Below are positions 34,961 to 45,244 of a stretch of 47,723 nt of DNA, piece after piece; the first letter of the stretch is position 1; every line of letters begins with the position of its first letter. The stretch comes from a virus. Its lineage: Duplodnaviria; Caudoviricetes. Both the position numbers and the translations under genes were made by a program. The stretch covers positions 1 through 47,723 of IMG/VR virus record IMGVR_UViG_3300036798_000156, one strand, 5' to 3'. The notes under the pieces are model-generated. The model was not told where the DNA came from, did no database searches, and worked only from the letters and a program-made list of their open reading frames with translations.

Positions 34961-37553
34961 AATCAAAACAGATGCTAAGGAAGTATTGGGGTATTGCGAA
35001 GACGATACCTTATACGGCCGCCTGACGCAAGCTGTAGAAGTCTTATCAAAAGAAGGTAACTGGGACTCACTTCAGGCCTACATCGATATCGTTGTCGATG
35101 ACCGGGTTGTTACACTTCCGCGGGATGTATTGATCCCTCTAGAGATAAACATCAATAACCATCCCGCATTCTCCAGAAGCAAGCTTTACGAATTCACCAT
35201 GAACGGTCCCGGTAGCGATATGCAGGACACTCTTGGATATAGCTGGATGGACAAAGGCACTGTTCCGGTCATGAAGCAGCCCAATGGAATGCAAATTGCC
35301 GCATCAGGTATTAATGTCGCAGATGCAGGACTAACTATAAAGCTTTGGGGATACGACCAGTCAGGCAGAGAATGCTACGATGCTATCGTTATTGGCGGAA
35401 CAGACCCGGCCCAACTCACTCCGTCAGTAAATACTTTCCAGATAATCACACAGGTATCAAAACCTGTTACTGCTGGCAGGGTTGATTTATATGGAATCAA
35501 AACCAATAGACCTCCAGGTATTTTCCCGCCCCCTCCCCCTGGCCCTCCTCCACCACCAGTTCAATGCGCCGATCCTACAATTGTTCCTAATGGCGGGACT
35601 TTCCCTGGCAGGGTAGCAGTTGCAATCAACGACAACGAGCCTGGCGCTAAAATGAGTATTACGCTAGATGGTTCAATTCCAACACCAGATCATGGACAAA
35701 TTGTAGATTCTCGAAGATTTGCTTACTCGCCTCCATTTGGAGATACAACGGTTTCGGTTCTGGCATTTAAAGACGGACTCGCTAATTCAGACGTAGTTAC
35801 AGCAGTATTTCACATAGTAACACCTGACCACTCTCCTGGTCCCAGCTTTAATCCTATAGGTGGAACATACCAGCTACCAGTTTTAGTGGCAATTAATGCC
35901 CCAGGCGCAGATCATTTAGCTTACACTATTGATGATCCAATTCCTCCATCCCCTACGCATGGTATCCAATCGCCTCGTAACTTTACTCATGTAAGAATAA
36001 ATAGCGGTACCCACACCTTGCGAGCCATGTCCTACACCGCAGGGAGACAGAATTCTGCCGTAACTGTAGCTACCTACATTATTGTCCATGGCAGAACCTT
36101 CGGTTTGCCTTTTGAAGACTTAGGCGAGAACCCATTATTTGATTCCGGAACAGGAAACCCTCCTCCAGTTGGAAACGAAATTCCGGTTCCTAACCCACCA
36201 ACTCCATTTCCTCCAGTTCCCCAACCACCTATCCTAGACGGAGGCCCTGATTTCTTAATCTTTCTCACGTCGTATTATGCAGATGAAACAGAGCCAGCAT
36301 ATCGACAGATTCTACTGAATGCTGTTGTGCCCGGAACGAACATAGCCCCCCGTGGAATCAGGATGCTGTATCGTCGCCGGACTTACGCTATCACATCTGA
36401 TGATGATTGGATTCCCTTGAATTCACACATGGCAATACTTACTGCGCTAAGAGCATTGGAGTCACTTAGGAATGGAACGACCGAGGAATTACAAAAAGTC
36501 GATCCACTGTTGAAGCAGGCGGTGGATTTCTTACAGAAGGATCAGAAGGTTTTGGATATGTTCGACCTGGCTGCCCAAAGCGAAATTCCACCTACTTTGG
36601 ATTTGAATTATGTCACGGCAGATTCACTGGTCGTTGCCGACATATTTGATGATGCCTGCCAAATATTTGGCCCCATAGGCCGCAATCAGATTTACGATAA
36701 AATCACGGCCGCAGCGGAGATTTTGAACAACCAAGGTCAGTGGGATGGACTTATTGGATACGTAGACCTATTGACTGATTCCCACCACTACATTACTCTT
36801 CCTAGATACGTGGAGGCTCCAATCGCTATCAACATTAACGGAACTCCAAGAATGATGCGTAATAAGTGGTTCGAGTTTCACCTGAATGGGCCCGGTAGTC
36901 ACAATATGGGAGCTTTAAGATATTGGGACGACATGGCTGACGTGGTAACCATACGTCCAATTCCCTGGCCTTCTAAGTTGGTGGCACGATGCGATTTGGC
37001 CAGCGATAATGGAAAAATCATCAAGGTGTTTGGATACGATGCTTATGATACTGAACTAAGAACACAGGCAGGAGATGTTGCGCCTGAAGACGGCCTTACT
37101 ATTCCTATGTCCACAGATGGAGTATTAATAGATGCACAACCATTAGTGGCAAGGATAGAAAGAATCACCAAGCAGCAAACAAATGGATACTGCCAACTCA
37201 TGGCATGGGAGCCACAAACCAAGACTGCTGTTCCGATTGGATTTTACCACCCCGACGAACTGGAGCCTAACTACCATAGGGTTAGACTTCCCCACAAATG
37301 CGCGTGGGTAAGAATGAAATACCGAAAGCGACAGATTAAGGTTAGCGGATTGACTGACCCATTGCACCTTAGAAGTAAAATGGCAATTGTTACTGCTATG
37401 AAATCTATCAAAGCTCTTGATACTGACCCTGGCCTAGCTGAAACACTGGAGAAGAAGGCGATTGATTACCTGGATAAGGAACAATCTTCCCGTAACCCGT
37501 CGGAAACTTTCAACATCCAGTTCGAGGGACTAGAGACAGAGGTCATTATATAA
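34947..37553 (+). CDS. tail adaptor (tubular protein A-like), internally duplicated, with inserted Fn3-associated/chitobiase-like domains
   Basis: TLPR.V..P..ININ..P....K..EF..NGPGS occurs twice; Pro-rich-flanked inserts. Confidence 0.65.
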   Translation: MRVSEIKTDAKEVLGYCEDDTLYGRLTQAVEVLSKEGNWDSLQAYIDIVVDDRVVTLPRDVLIPLEININNHPAFSRSKLYEFTMNGPGSDMQDTLGYSWMDKGTVPVMKQPNGMQIAASGINVADAGLTIKLWGYDQSGRECYDAIVIGGTDPAQLTPSVNTFQIITQVSKPVTAGRVDLYGIKTNRPPGIFPPPPPGPPPPPVQCADPTIVPNGGTFPGRVAVAINDNEPGAKMSITLDGSIPTPDHGQIVDSRRFAYSPPFGDTTVSVLAFKDGLANSDVVTAVFHIVTPDHSPGPSFNPIGGTYQLPVLVAINAPGADHLAYTIDDPIPPSPTHGIQSPRNFTHVRINSGTHTLRAMSYTAGRQNSAVTVATYIIVHGRTFGLPFEDLGENPLFDSGTGNPPPVGNEIPVPNPPTPFPPVPQPPILDGGPDFLIFLTSYYADETEPAYRQILLNAVVPGTNIAPRGIRMLYRRRTYAITSDDDWIPLNSHMAILTALRALESLRNGTTEELQKVDPLLKQAVDFLQKDQKVLDMFDLAAQSEIPPTLDLNYVTADSLVVADIFDDACQIFGPIGRNQIYDKITAAAEILNNQGQWDGLIGYVDLLTDSHHYITLPRYVEAPIAININGTPRMMRNKWFEFHLNGPGSHNMGALRYWDDMADVVTIRPIPWPSKLVARCDLASDNGKIIKVFGYDAYDTELRTQAGDVAPEDGLTIPMSTDGVLIDAQPLVARIERITKQQTNGYCQLMAWEPQTKTAVPIGFYHPDELEPNYHRVRLPHKCAWVRMKYRKRQIKVSGLTDPLHLRSKMAIVTAMKSIKALDTDPGLAETLEKKAIDYLDKEQSSRNPSETFNIQFEGLETEVII

Positions 37554-40240
37554 TGGATATCGCACTGGACGGTAAGTGGATCAAGGGAATTAATAGCCTG
37601 CTTGACCCATCTCTATTACAGGAGGGAGAATACCCTTGGTCTATCAACACAGATAACACTGGCGGCATCATCCAAACCCGACAAGGCTTCAATGCCATTG
37701 GCGTGAAGGACAACCCCTTGCCAGCACTAGAACCAAAAGGATGTGAAATATTTAAAGGAAAGGACGGAACCACTAAATTTATTCTTGCTTTGGGCAGCGA
37801 GCTTTGGGCGATGAGTTTTCCTATCGTTCAAGACTTTAAGAAAATTGGAACAGGATTCTTTGCCGATGGTCCCGTGTTCTTTACTAAGACATTACAGAGT
37901 GTCCAATTACAGCCAGATGGAACCCTTCAGGTTCTACCGAATCCAATTCCCTATTTGATTATGACCAATGGCACCGAGCAGGCAAAATACTGGGATGGAT
38001 TTAATCTGAAAACCTCCCTGCCCTCCGGAGTCACTCCTCCTGCTGGCGATACGATTCAACCCGGAATTCCTGTGGGAAAAATAACTGTATGGAGTGGGAA
38101 TCGCCTGTGGATTTCGAATGGGAGAACACTTCAAGCATCCGATCTGGGCAATCCACTGGCATTCTTCGAGGCGACTTACGTTGCGGGAGGAGGGGCTTTG
38201 TTTTTCGATGATGAAATTGTTGGCATGACCCAGACCGCCGATCTTCAGAACCTTATTGTTTGTTCTGACTTCGATACATCTGCCGTTCAAAGCAACATCT
38301 ATGATAGGACAACCTGGGGATCAACCCCCGGATTCCAAAGAGTCATATTCCCTGGAATAGGATGTGCAGCAGCAAAATCTTTTGTTAGACAATGGGGAAT
38401 TAATTGGTGGATGTCTCACGGTGGATGGATTGGCATGGATCAGGCGCTTTTAACTTACCAGAGGTCTAGAATCCAATATCGCGACCAGCAAATGATGAGG
38501 GCCAAGGAGAGACTGAATGGAGACAAATCAGTAATCTGTGCCGAAAAGTTTGGAAATTCTCTTTGTATTTCGGTTCCTTACGGCAATAAATTTAACGCAG
38601 GAACGTGGGTATTGAACCAAAGAGTTTTGGACTTGGCTGCCCCTGTGCCTTATCTGGACTATAGTGATCCTGCCGCATGGTCGTCCCAATGGACTGGCAT
38701 CCTGCCAGTAGAGTATGCCCTAGCCGTAATAGACGGACAGGAACGTTTGTTTTGTTTGTCTCGACACAAGAATCTGGATGGCAGTGCCCAGCCTGTAGTT
38801 TGGGAGATGTTCACCGGAGAAAGGCAGGACAGATACAACGATACGATTTATAGAATTCCTTGCTTATTCGAGGGTAGGCTAATGGGAGTCGATGGCACCT
38901 TGAGGAAATTTCATTATGGGGAGATCGACACTTCTGAACTTCTTGGAATCACAGATGTTGAGGCATTGGTAGCGGGACGAAAAGGTAATTACCACTCCAT
39001 ATTGAAAACGCAAATCGTTGCATCTCCTGGTAGTATTAATTCATCAATTACTGCCCAGTTTGTAACCGAGACCACGGACGATGTAGCTGGCGATGCCACA
39101 TTTCTACCAGTTGCAAGCGTTGAAGGCGCCCTCACGCCTCCCGCAGTTGTTTTCGTTAATGGACTTCCATATTCTTACATTGGAGTCCAGGTCGGACAAG
39201 GACAATCAGGTGGAGGCCAACCCCCTCAGACCGAGCAACAGGCAGGAGAGACAGGATTTATTTTAGCGGGACCTGGAGGCATTAATCCACCTCCCCAACC
39301 GCCTCCGCCGGGACCTCCTCCAGAAGTTTTACCGGTGCCATCTTTTGATCCAGCAGGCGGAACATATGATGTCGTAGCACTGTATGTGCAAATAGGAGTG
39401 GCCGTGAACGGAGCGAAGCTTGCCTGGACGGTCGATGGAACAATCCCTTCCAGAACGCATGGACATCAGACTCTTCAGAATGCCGTAATAGTAAGAATTG
39501 ACGGAGGAACTTTTACTTTACAGGCTATGGCATATTTACCAGATGATCAAAATTCTGATTCACCGGTTGGTTCTCAAATATATGTGGTGGCCGGAGGTCG
39601 CCCACAAGATATTATGAATCCTTTCGGCCCTGATGTGGTTGTTCCAGATGGGCCTGATCCTACTAATCCCAACCAATTTCCAATTCCCGATATAGTGGTT
39701 CCTACACGTCCTGCGATACCTAAGGGCACTCAAGTTATTCAGATTCAATTTAATTACGCCCCACCTCCACTCGTCTCTCAACCTGCTGCAACAATTTTGA
39801 CTTCTTACGTATCTCAACGTAGGATGCTTAGAACTGAAGAATGGGATATAAGAAAATACTCATGCACGTCTTGTGGCGTAGAAGATTTCCATCAGGATAA
39901 CATTGATCGAGGGTTTTCTTTTCTCATTAAATGGACAGGGCGAATGGCAATTAATGGCATAAGAATGATGACTGAAAAATATCCAGACCCTCAAAGGGGT
40001 CGATGCACCGAAGATGAACTATTATCAAGGGCACTTGATCAGTCAGGCTGTGGAAACAAGTCGTTAATAATTCTAGAATCTCCGACATTCGATACCGCTC
40101 CATTGCATTCTCAATACCTTCGAAGCGTTACGCATCGTGCATTTGATGAACCTGATTACAGTCCAGTTCCAGTTGAAGTAGCGCAACCTCCGCCTGGTGG
40201 CTCACCTCAGCCTACCGTAACTCCCCCATCTTCAACATGA
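37553..40240 (+). CDS. tail nozzle (tubular protein B / gp10-like beta-propeller) with an inserted Fn3-associated domain
   Basis: G.N....P..L..GE, NRLW...SD.GNP, GIGC.A..S; position after the adaptor. Confidence 0.7.
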   Translation: MDIALDGKWIKGINSLLDPSLLQEGEYPWSINTDNTGGIIQTRQGFNAIGVKDNPLPALEPKGCEIFKGKDGTTKFILALGSELWAMSFPIVQDFKKIGTGFFADGPVFFTKTLQSVQLQPDGTLQVLPNPIPYLIMTNGTEQAKYWDGFNLKTSLPSGVTPPAGDTIQPGIPVGKITVWSGNRLWISNGRTLQASDLGNPLAFFEATYVAGGGALFFDDEIVGMTQTADLQNLIVCSDFDTSAVQSNIYDRTTWGSTPGFQRVIFPGIGCAAAKSFVRQWGINWWMSHGGWIGMDQALLTYQRSRIQYRDQQMMRAKERLNGDKSVICAEKFGNSLCISVPYGNKFNAGTWVLNQRVLDLAAPVPYLDYSDPAAWSSQWTGILPVEYALAVIDGQERLFCLSRHKNLDGSAQPVVWEMFTGERQDRYNDTIYRIPCLFEGRLMGVDGTLRKFHYGEIDTSELLGITDVEALVAGRKGNYHSILKTQIVASPGSINSSITAQFVTETTDDVAGDATFLPVASVEGALTPPAVVFVNGLPYSYIGVQVGQGQSGGGQPPQTEQQAGETGFILAGPGGINPPPQPPPPGPPPEVLPVPSFDPAGGTYDVVALYVQIGVAVNGAKLAWTVDGTIPSRTHGHQTLQNAVIVRIDGGTFTLQAMAYLPDDQNSDSPVGSQIYVVAGGRPQDIMNPFGPDVVVPDGPDPTNPNQFPIPDIVVPTRPAIPKGTQVIQIQFNYAPPPLVSQPAATILTSYVSQRRMLRTEEWDIRKYSCTSCGVEDFHQDNIDRGFSFLIKWTGRMAINGIRMMTEKYPDPQRGRCTEDELLSRALDQSGCGNKSLIILESPTFDTAPLHSQYLRSVTHRAFDEPDYSPVPVEVAQPPPGGSPQPTVTPPSST

Positions 40241-41238
40241 CAAATCGAATTAATTTTTCTGTAGTTCCCTTTCCGCAAATACAGTTTAGCGGGGACGTTA
40301 ACCAACTCGCCCAACTACTGGCAGATCACTTGCAGGGAAATCTCGACCAATCCGTATTCACCGGACAGGACGGGGGAACGATGCCTCAAACGAATATAGG
40401 ACTGTGGTTAGACAATGACATATGGAAGATATGGGACACCATACTGGCAACCTACGTTCCTATTGCTTGCGCTGCTGGGGCTGTAACCAATGGGGTTCTG
40501 CATGTTGCGCGAATGCACGCCAACAACGAAACGGCAGACATCGATCTGCAATTGCCAAGTCTGGCTGGAACTATTGCCAGAATTGAAGACATTACCGCGC
40601 CCCTTGCCCCGGGAACTAATTCAGGAAATACGATTAACCTGGATTGGACTGTGACAGACTTTTATGCCCAGATTACGGCTGCTGCCACAGTTGTTGATCC
40701 TGGCACGGCAGTTAATGGGGCTAGTTTAGTTTTGTGGATTGAAACTCCGGTAGGACATGGAACTGCCCTTACGGTAGCGTTCCCAAGCACCTGGATTGTA
40801 GATTCAGCTATCCTGGGAACCACGGATGCGACCCATAGGGCCGTAGATCAATTTGTGATTAGGAGAATAGGAACCAAAACTTTCGTTCATCATGAAGCCC
40901 TATATTCAATCAACCAGGGCGGGCCAGGGGGTGATACCTCTCCGCCAGTTGTGTCTCTCATCGATGCAATTGTAGGACATTCTGCCGTGAGGGTGCATTG
41001 GCTCCAGTTAATGCAGGGACCAACCCCTGTAACAGATTGGATTGTCAAGAAAGACGGAACTAATGTTCCCATATCGGTTGTCAATGTATCCGGAACCCTG
41101 GTTCAGGTTGTTATAAATAGTCCAATTGTTCAAGGGTCTGTTTACACAATACAATACACAGGTAGTTCACTGAAGGATGTTGCTGGCAATTTAGCATCTC
41201 ACTTCGGTCCCTGGCCTGTAAGCCTGGTGCAAAACTAA
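40237..41238 (+). CDS. tail-associated protein with a C-terminal Ig-like domain
   Basis: DT.PP.V ... LKDVAGN Ig signature. Confidence 0.6.
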   Translation: MTNRINFSVVPFPQIQFSGDVNQLAQLLADHLQGNLDQSVFTGQDGGTMPQTNIGLWLDNDIWKIWDTILATYVPIACAAGAVTNGVLHVARMHANNETADIDLQLPSLAGTIARIEDITAPLAPGTNSGNTINLDWTVTDFYAQITAAATVVDPGTAVNGASLVLWIETPVGHGTALTVAFPSTWIVDSAILGTTDATHRAVDQFVIRRIGTKTFVHHEALYSINQGGPGGDTSPPVVSLIDAIVGHSAVRVHWLQLMQGPTPVTDWIVKKDGTNVPISVVNVSGTLVQVVINSPIVQGSVYTIQYTGSSLKDVAGNLASHFGPWPVSLVQN

Positions 41239-41849
41239 TGGAAGGAGGGTCTTCCTCGTCCGGCGGTTCAGCCGTCTCGCCGACAGTTTATCCAGTAAAT
41301 ACTTTGGCCACTGAACAGGCAGGCATAGCTGCCGATCAGTATGGATACAACCTGAGTGACGCAGACTTTGCCAGTCGGTTCCCAGGTTTAGTAGCCTCTC
41401 GCGGAACAGACATGGCTACGGCCGAGAAAGAGATGACCGGCCCCCTGGCTGCTCCAGTTGAAAATGCCTTTACATCCTCCGGACTTTCTAAGGCCTTTTC
41501 TGCTTTCGGAGGAGGGTCAGAAGACCCAAATGTAACGGGAACTGGCAGTATAGGTCGTAAAACTATTGGCGCTTCAGTGGCAAATGATACGATGTCCTAC
41601 CAGAACGCTGCCAGGGATTACTTCCAGAACCTAATCGAGCAGAACCCTCAACGTGCCTTTGGATTGTCTGGAGGTGACCTGCTTAATCTTTCTATTCTCA
41701 ATCAGGGAAATCTAGCGCAAGCGAATCAACAGGCAGCGGGCATTGCATCTCAGGTTGGGGCTGCCCAAGCTCAGGCAAGCCAATCGCAAACAAATTCACT
41801 TATCGGAGCAGGAAGCTCCATAGCAGGCGCTGCCATAGCCGCATTATGA
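41238..41849 (+). CDS. internal virion (DNA ejection) protein A
   Basis: MEGGSSSSGG start, Ala/Gln-rich, hydrophobic GAGSSIAGAAIAAL end. Confidence 0.65.
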   Translation: MEGGSSSSGGSAVSPTVYPVNTLATEQAGIAADQYGYNLSDADFASRFPGLVASRGTDMATAEKEMTGPLAAPVENAFTSSGLSKAFSAFGGGSEDPNVTGTGSIGRKTIGASVANDTMSYQNAARDYFQNLIEQNPQRAFGLSGGDLLNLSILNQGNLAQANQQAAGIASQVGAAQAQASQSQTNSLIGAGSSIAGAAIAAL

Positions 41850-42634
41850 TTAGATACCTATCGTCTATGACCCAGATCAATAAGTGGCTAGAAAGGTTCA
41901 GAAACCCAGTCGTAATGATGTCATTCGGAAAAGATTCCATGGCGCTGGGATTCATGATCTTCAAAATGCTAAAGTTGAAACTTCCTGTTATTTATTACCG
42001 CGACCCATTCGATCCCATTAAGAATGAATGGCCGGATAAAATCATACACGAATGGGGACTTGAGGTTTACGATTACCCGCCATATCAATGCAGGGTAAAA
42101 GTGAAGGGAGAATTTATTGAACTATGTCCATCCTACCAAATTGGGGAACTTCCAAATGGATGCATAGACGTTCCCAAGGCAATTCTTGAGCCTGATTACA
42201 AAGGCGACTGGCATTGTGGCCTAAAGATTCTAGAACGCCCAAAAGGAAGTTTTAATTTTCCGTGGGACCTGATTCTTCATGGCCATAAGTCGGCAGACGT
42301 AGATCGATTCTATGGCCCTGTCAAGCTGAAGACTGAACTGGTGGAGAAGGACGGAATTCCAGCCGTGGCGTTCCCCCTTAAGGACTGGACTCATGATGAC
42401 ATATGGGATTTCATTGAAGACTTCGACATTCCATTCCAGCAGGATCGCTATTTAAACCGCGTTGAATCCGCAGATAAAATAACAAACAACGATTATTTGG
42501 TTGCCTGCACAAACTGTGTCGATCCCCGCAAGGCAGGACAAGACGTTTACTGTCCTCTCGTTGGTCATGGCATTAAAAACATTTCCGAGCAAGTCCTTCA
42601 GGCGCCGGCACTGTTACCTGATTACATCATATGA
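41846..42634 (+). CDS. PAPS reductase/CysD-family adenine nucleotide alpha-hydrolase
   Basis: PP-loop SFGKDS; FPLKDWTHDDIW; CTNC...CP. Confidence 0.8.
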   Translation: MIRYLSSMTQINKWLERFRNPVVMMSFGKDSMALGFMIFKMLKLKLPVIYYRDPFDPIKNEWPDKIIHEWGLEVYDYPPYQCRVKVKGEFIELCPSYQIGELPNGCIDVPKAILEPDYKGDWHCGLKILERPKGSFNFPWDLILHGHKSADVDRFYGPVKLKTELVEKDGIPAVAFPLKDWTHDDIWDFIEDFDIPFQQDRYLNRVESADKITNNDYLVACTNCVDPRKAGQDVYCPLVGHGIKNISEQVLQAPALLPDYII

Positions 42635-43662
42635 CACTTCAAGAAGAATATAAAGCAGTATCAATACGGTGCCTGGGAGATATAGATTTCTTCATAGTTG
42701 GACTGCCGAGATGCCGGATGGCATGGATTGCAAATTATCTGACGTATGGAGACACGGAATGCCACTTCGATGGATTCGTGCCGGGATTATACGGAGAAGG
42801 CCCAGACGTGATAGAAATGTATTATAACCCCGAAAAGGTAGTTGGAGTTGCAGATGGGGCCGCCCTAATGTTCCAAGATCGACTGATAGAGAAATATCCA
42901 CATGCCAAATGGGTGGTAATAACTAGACCTCATCCAACTGTCATTGCGTCAGTTAAGAAGCTTGGCATCCCCATTGATGACCGACTCACGACCCTCCACT
43001 ACAAGATGGGCGAACTTAGAGCCAAGGTTCAACCACTTGTGGTTCCGTTCGATTCTCTGGACAAGTCCATTAAAGACATCGCAACATTCGTTAACCCGTC
43101 ATGGAAATGCCCCCAATGGAGACACGACATGCTGGTAGGTCTTAATGTCCAAACCAGAATTACCCAAGATGACCTCGTAAAGATTCCCTTAATTAATCCA
43201 CTGAGTAAGGCCGCCGAACCTGTAACGCCAACCAAGACTCAGGATGATTTCTTCAAACTTATTCAAGAAATTTGCGGAGACAATAAACTCGCTTATAGGT
43301 GGTTATGGCAGGCGATAGAAGTCGCCTCCATTTTGGATCATGTAATGGATAGCGAGCTAATTGATTTTCAGCATTTCGATACAGTAATGAAAGGAGTCCT
43401 GCTGGAGTGGGGCATCAATGAATTTTACAAGAAGAATGCAATTTACCTTTCGCCTGTCATGAGTCAGGCAATTGCCTCCTGGCAACATTCCACCGGCTCA
43501 TTTAAAAGGGCGGGTCATTACAACATTTACACAAGCGTTCCAACTGCGGTTGCCTTTTTAATGGGCGGGCAGGAATACGTGGACAAGTTCGCGCCACGCC
43601 TACATGCATTGGTGGAACAACTTGAAATTGAGGACACTAAACGAGATGGAGAAACATTATGA
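42631..43662 (+). CDS. sulfotransferase-like P-loop domain fused to an isoprenoid-synthase-like helical domain
   Basis: FFIVGLPR.R.AW.AN.L, P.AK.VV..R; C-terminal LDHVMD (DDxxD-like) followed by N.FY. Confidence 0.55.
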   Translation: MTLQEEYKAVSIRCLGDIDFFIVGLPRCRMAWIANYLTYGDTECHFDGFVPGLYGEGPDVIEMYYNPEKVVGVADGAALMFQDRLIEKYPHAKWVVITRPHPTVIASVKKLGIPIDDRLTTLHYKMGELRAKVQPLVVPFDSLDKSIKDIATFVNPSWKCPQWRHDMLVGLNVQTRITQDDLVKIPLINPLSKAAEPVTPTKTQDDFFKLIQEICGDNKLAYRWLWQAIEVASILDHVMDSELIDFQHFDTVMKGVLLEWGINEFYKKNAIYLSPVMSQAIASWQHSTGSFKRAGHYNIYTSVPTAVAFLMGGQEYVDKFAPRLHALVEQLEIEDTKRDGETL

Positions 43663-44588
43663 TAGGTGGAGTTGGCGATCCTACTGAACTGGCCAACAGA
43701 CTTAATCAACTGGGCCTTGGCGGGGGTAATAACCAAGGGCAGGGAAATGGATTTGGAATACCTGATTTGTCCACAGGATTTCCGAATGAAGGAATATCCT
43801 CACTGAGCGACATCCCGAATATCACTGGAGGCATACAGAAACCCAGCCTGGTAGGTACCGGAGTTAAGGGAAACAAATCAGGAAAATTCAAATTCCTTAA
43901 CCCTAATAAACTTGAAGCCGAGGCAGTTCAAGCAGACCAACTTGGCTACAACCTTTCCGACCAGGATTTTGCAAAGAGATTCCCGCAGCTTGTAGCCGGC
44001 CGTAATGCATCCATGGCATCCGCAGAAAGTAATTTGGCCGGAGCGCCAGACCCCTTCGTGAACAATGCCCTCAAGGCCGCGGGACTAGGAGACATCAATT
44101 TAGGAACTGGAGAATTTACTCAGGCTCGAAACCTTGGACAACCTATAGCAGCCAAAGAGCAGAGAGATCGAGCTTACTTCCAAAGGATATTAGGTGACAA
44201 CCCCCAGAGAGCATTTGGATTGAACTCTGGAGATATTGCCAGAATCGCCGTAGCTAACACCAATGGAGTCAATATGGCCGGACTTGGATTAGCGCAAGGA
44301 CGGGCACAGCAGGCAATTTCAAATTTAAGCACTTCGGCTCAGAGCAACGCAGCCTTAATTTCTTCACTTGGACAGATAGCGGGCGCCGGCGTAAAGGCAG
44401 CCGGATCGTCTGGTAGCTTCGCGTCCCCCACCTTGGAGCCTGGATATTACAACACTGGATATGGATACGGACTTCCGCCTGGATTACAGACCGGGCAATC
44501 CTTTGGATACAACGACCAATATAGCGGTAACGCTTACGATGCCTCAGGAAATTATGTAGGTAATTCATTCACTGGAGAAGGACTATGA
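43659..44588 (+). CDS. internal virion protein, paralog of 41238-41849
   Basis: ADQ.GYNLSD.DFA.RFP.LVA.R and YFQ.....NPQRAFGL..GD are shared. Confidence 0.7.
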   Translation: MIGGVGDPTELANRLNQLGLGGGNNQGQGNGFGIPDLSTGFPNEGISSLSDIPNITGGIQKPSLVGTGVKGNKSGKFKFLNPNKLEAEAVQADQLGYNLSDQDFAKRFPQLVAGRNASMASAESNLAGAPDPFVNNALKAAGLGDINLGTGEFTQARNLGQPIAAKEQRDRAYFQRILGDNPQRAFGLNSGDIARIAVANTNGVNMAGLGLAQGRAQQAISNLSTSAQSNAALISSLGQIAGAGVKAAGSSGSFASPTLEPGYYNTGYGYGLPPGLQTGQSFGYNDQYSGNAYDASGNYVGNSFTGEGL

Positions 44589-45244
44589 GTTTCGATACAT
44601 TACAACGATGGCATGAGACCAGGCACGTTGATACCTCGCCAATGCGAATCACTCCTGCCGTTCGCGCTCCAATACCCAGATATTCACCATTCCCTGCCAT
44701 TGCAGCTTCCATAGGGGAACTAACCAATGCCCTCGATCCATTGAATATGGCGAAGAGAAAGTTGGCTCTTGCACAGACCCAGAATGCAACACAAATGTTC
44801 CCCCTGCAACAACAGCTTCAACGTCTTCAGATTCAAAGGATGATGGGTTTGATGGGTGGTAAAGGATCGCCAGATTATATCGTTGGGCCTGATGGAAAGG
44901 TTCATTGGTTGAGCGCAGCCCAGAAAGCCCAGAGAGATAGGGCCGCCCAACACAATGCCACTTACAATCAATTAATAGATGGCGCAAATGCCGCCAGCCA
45001 AGGTCATCCTGTTTCTAAACCAGGGCCTGCGCCTGACTGGGCAAATCCTAGTATTTACCAGGGTAACGCCCCTGGTTCTCCTATTCCTCCTACAGGTCAG
45101 CCAGCTTTAACGGAGACTGGCCCGCAGGGCACTATTTCAGATAATAGTTCTGACCAAAACAGTGTTGCATATACAGGGCCTGACCTAGGTGACAATACCG
45201 AGCCTGACTTGGGCGCAGGAGATAACGGGGAAATTCCAACATGA
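44585..45244 (+). CDS. internal virion protein
   Basis: Q/P-rich, in the ejection cluster. Confidence 0.55.
   Translation: MSFDTLQRWHETRHVDTSPMRITPAVRAPIPRYSPFPAIAASIGELTNALDPLNMAKRKLALAQTQNATQMFPLQQQLQRLQIQRMMGLMGGKGSPDYIVGPDGKVHWLSAAQKAQRDRAAQHNATYNQLIDGANAASQGHPVSKPGPAPDWANPSIYQGNAPGSPIPPTGQPALTETGPQGTISDNSSDQNSVAYTGPDLGDNTEPDLGAGDNGEIPT

Noticed and set aside
41846-42634. Annotating this as cysH (auxiliary sulfur assimilation) or dndC (phosphorothioation)
   Set aside because: No other cys or dnd genes are present, it lacks the C-terminal ECGLH motif of CysH, and the context is virion morphogenesis
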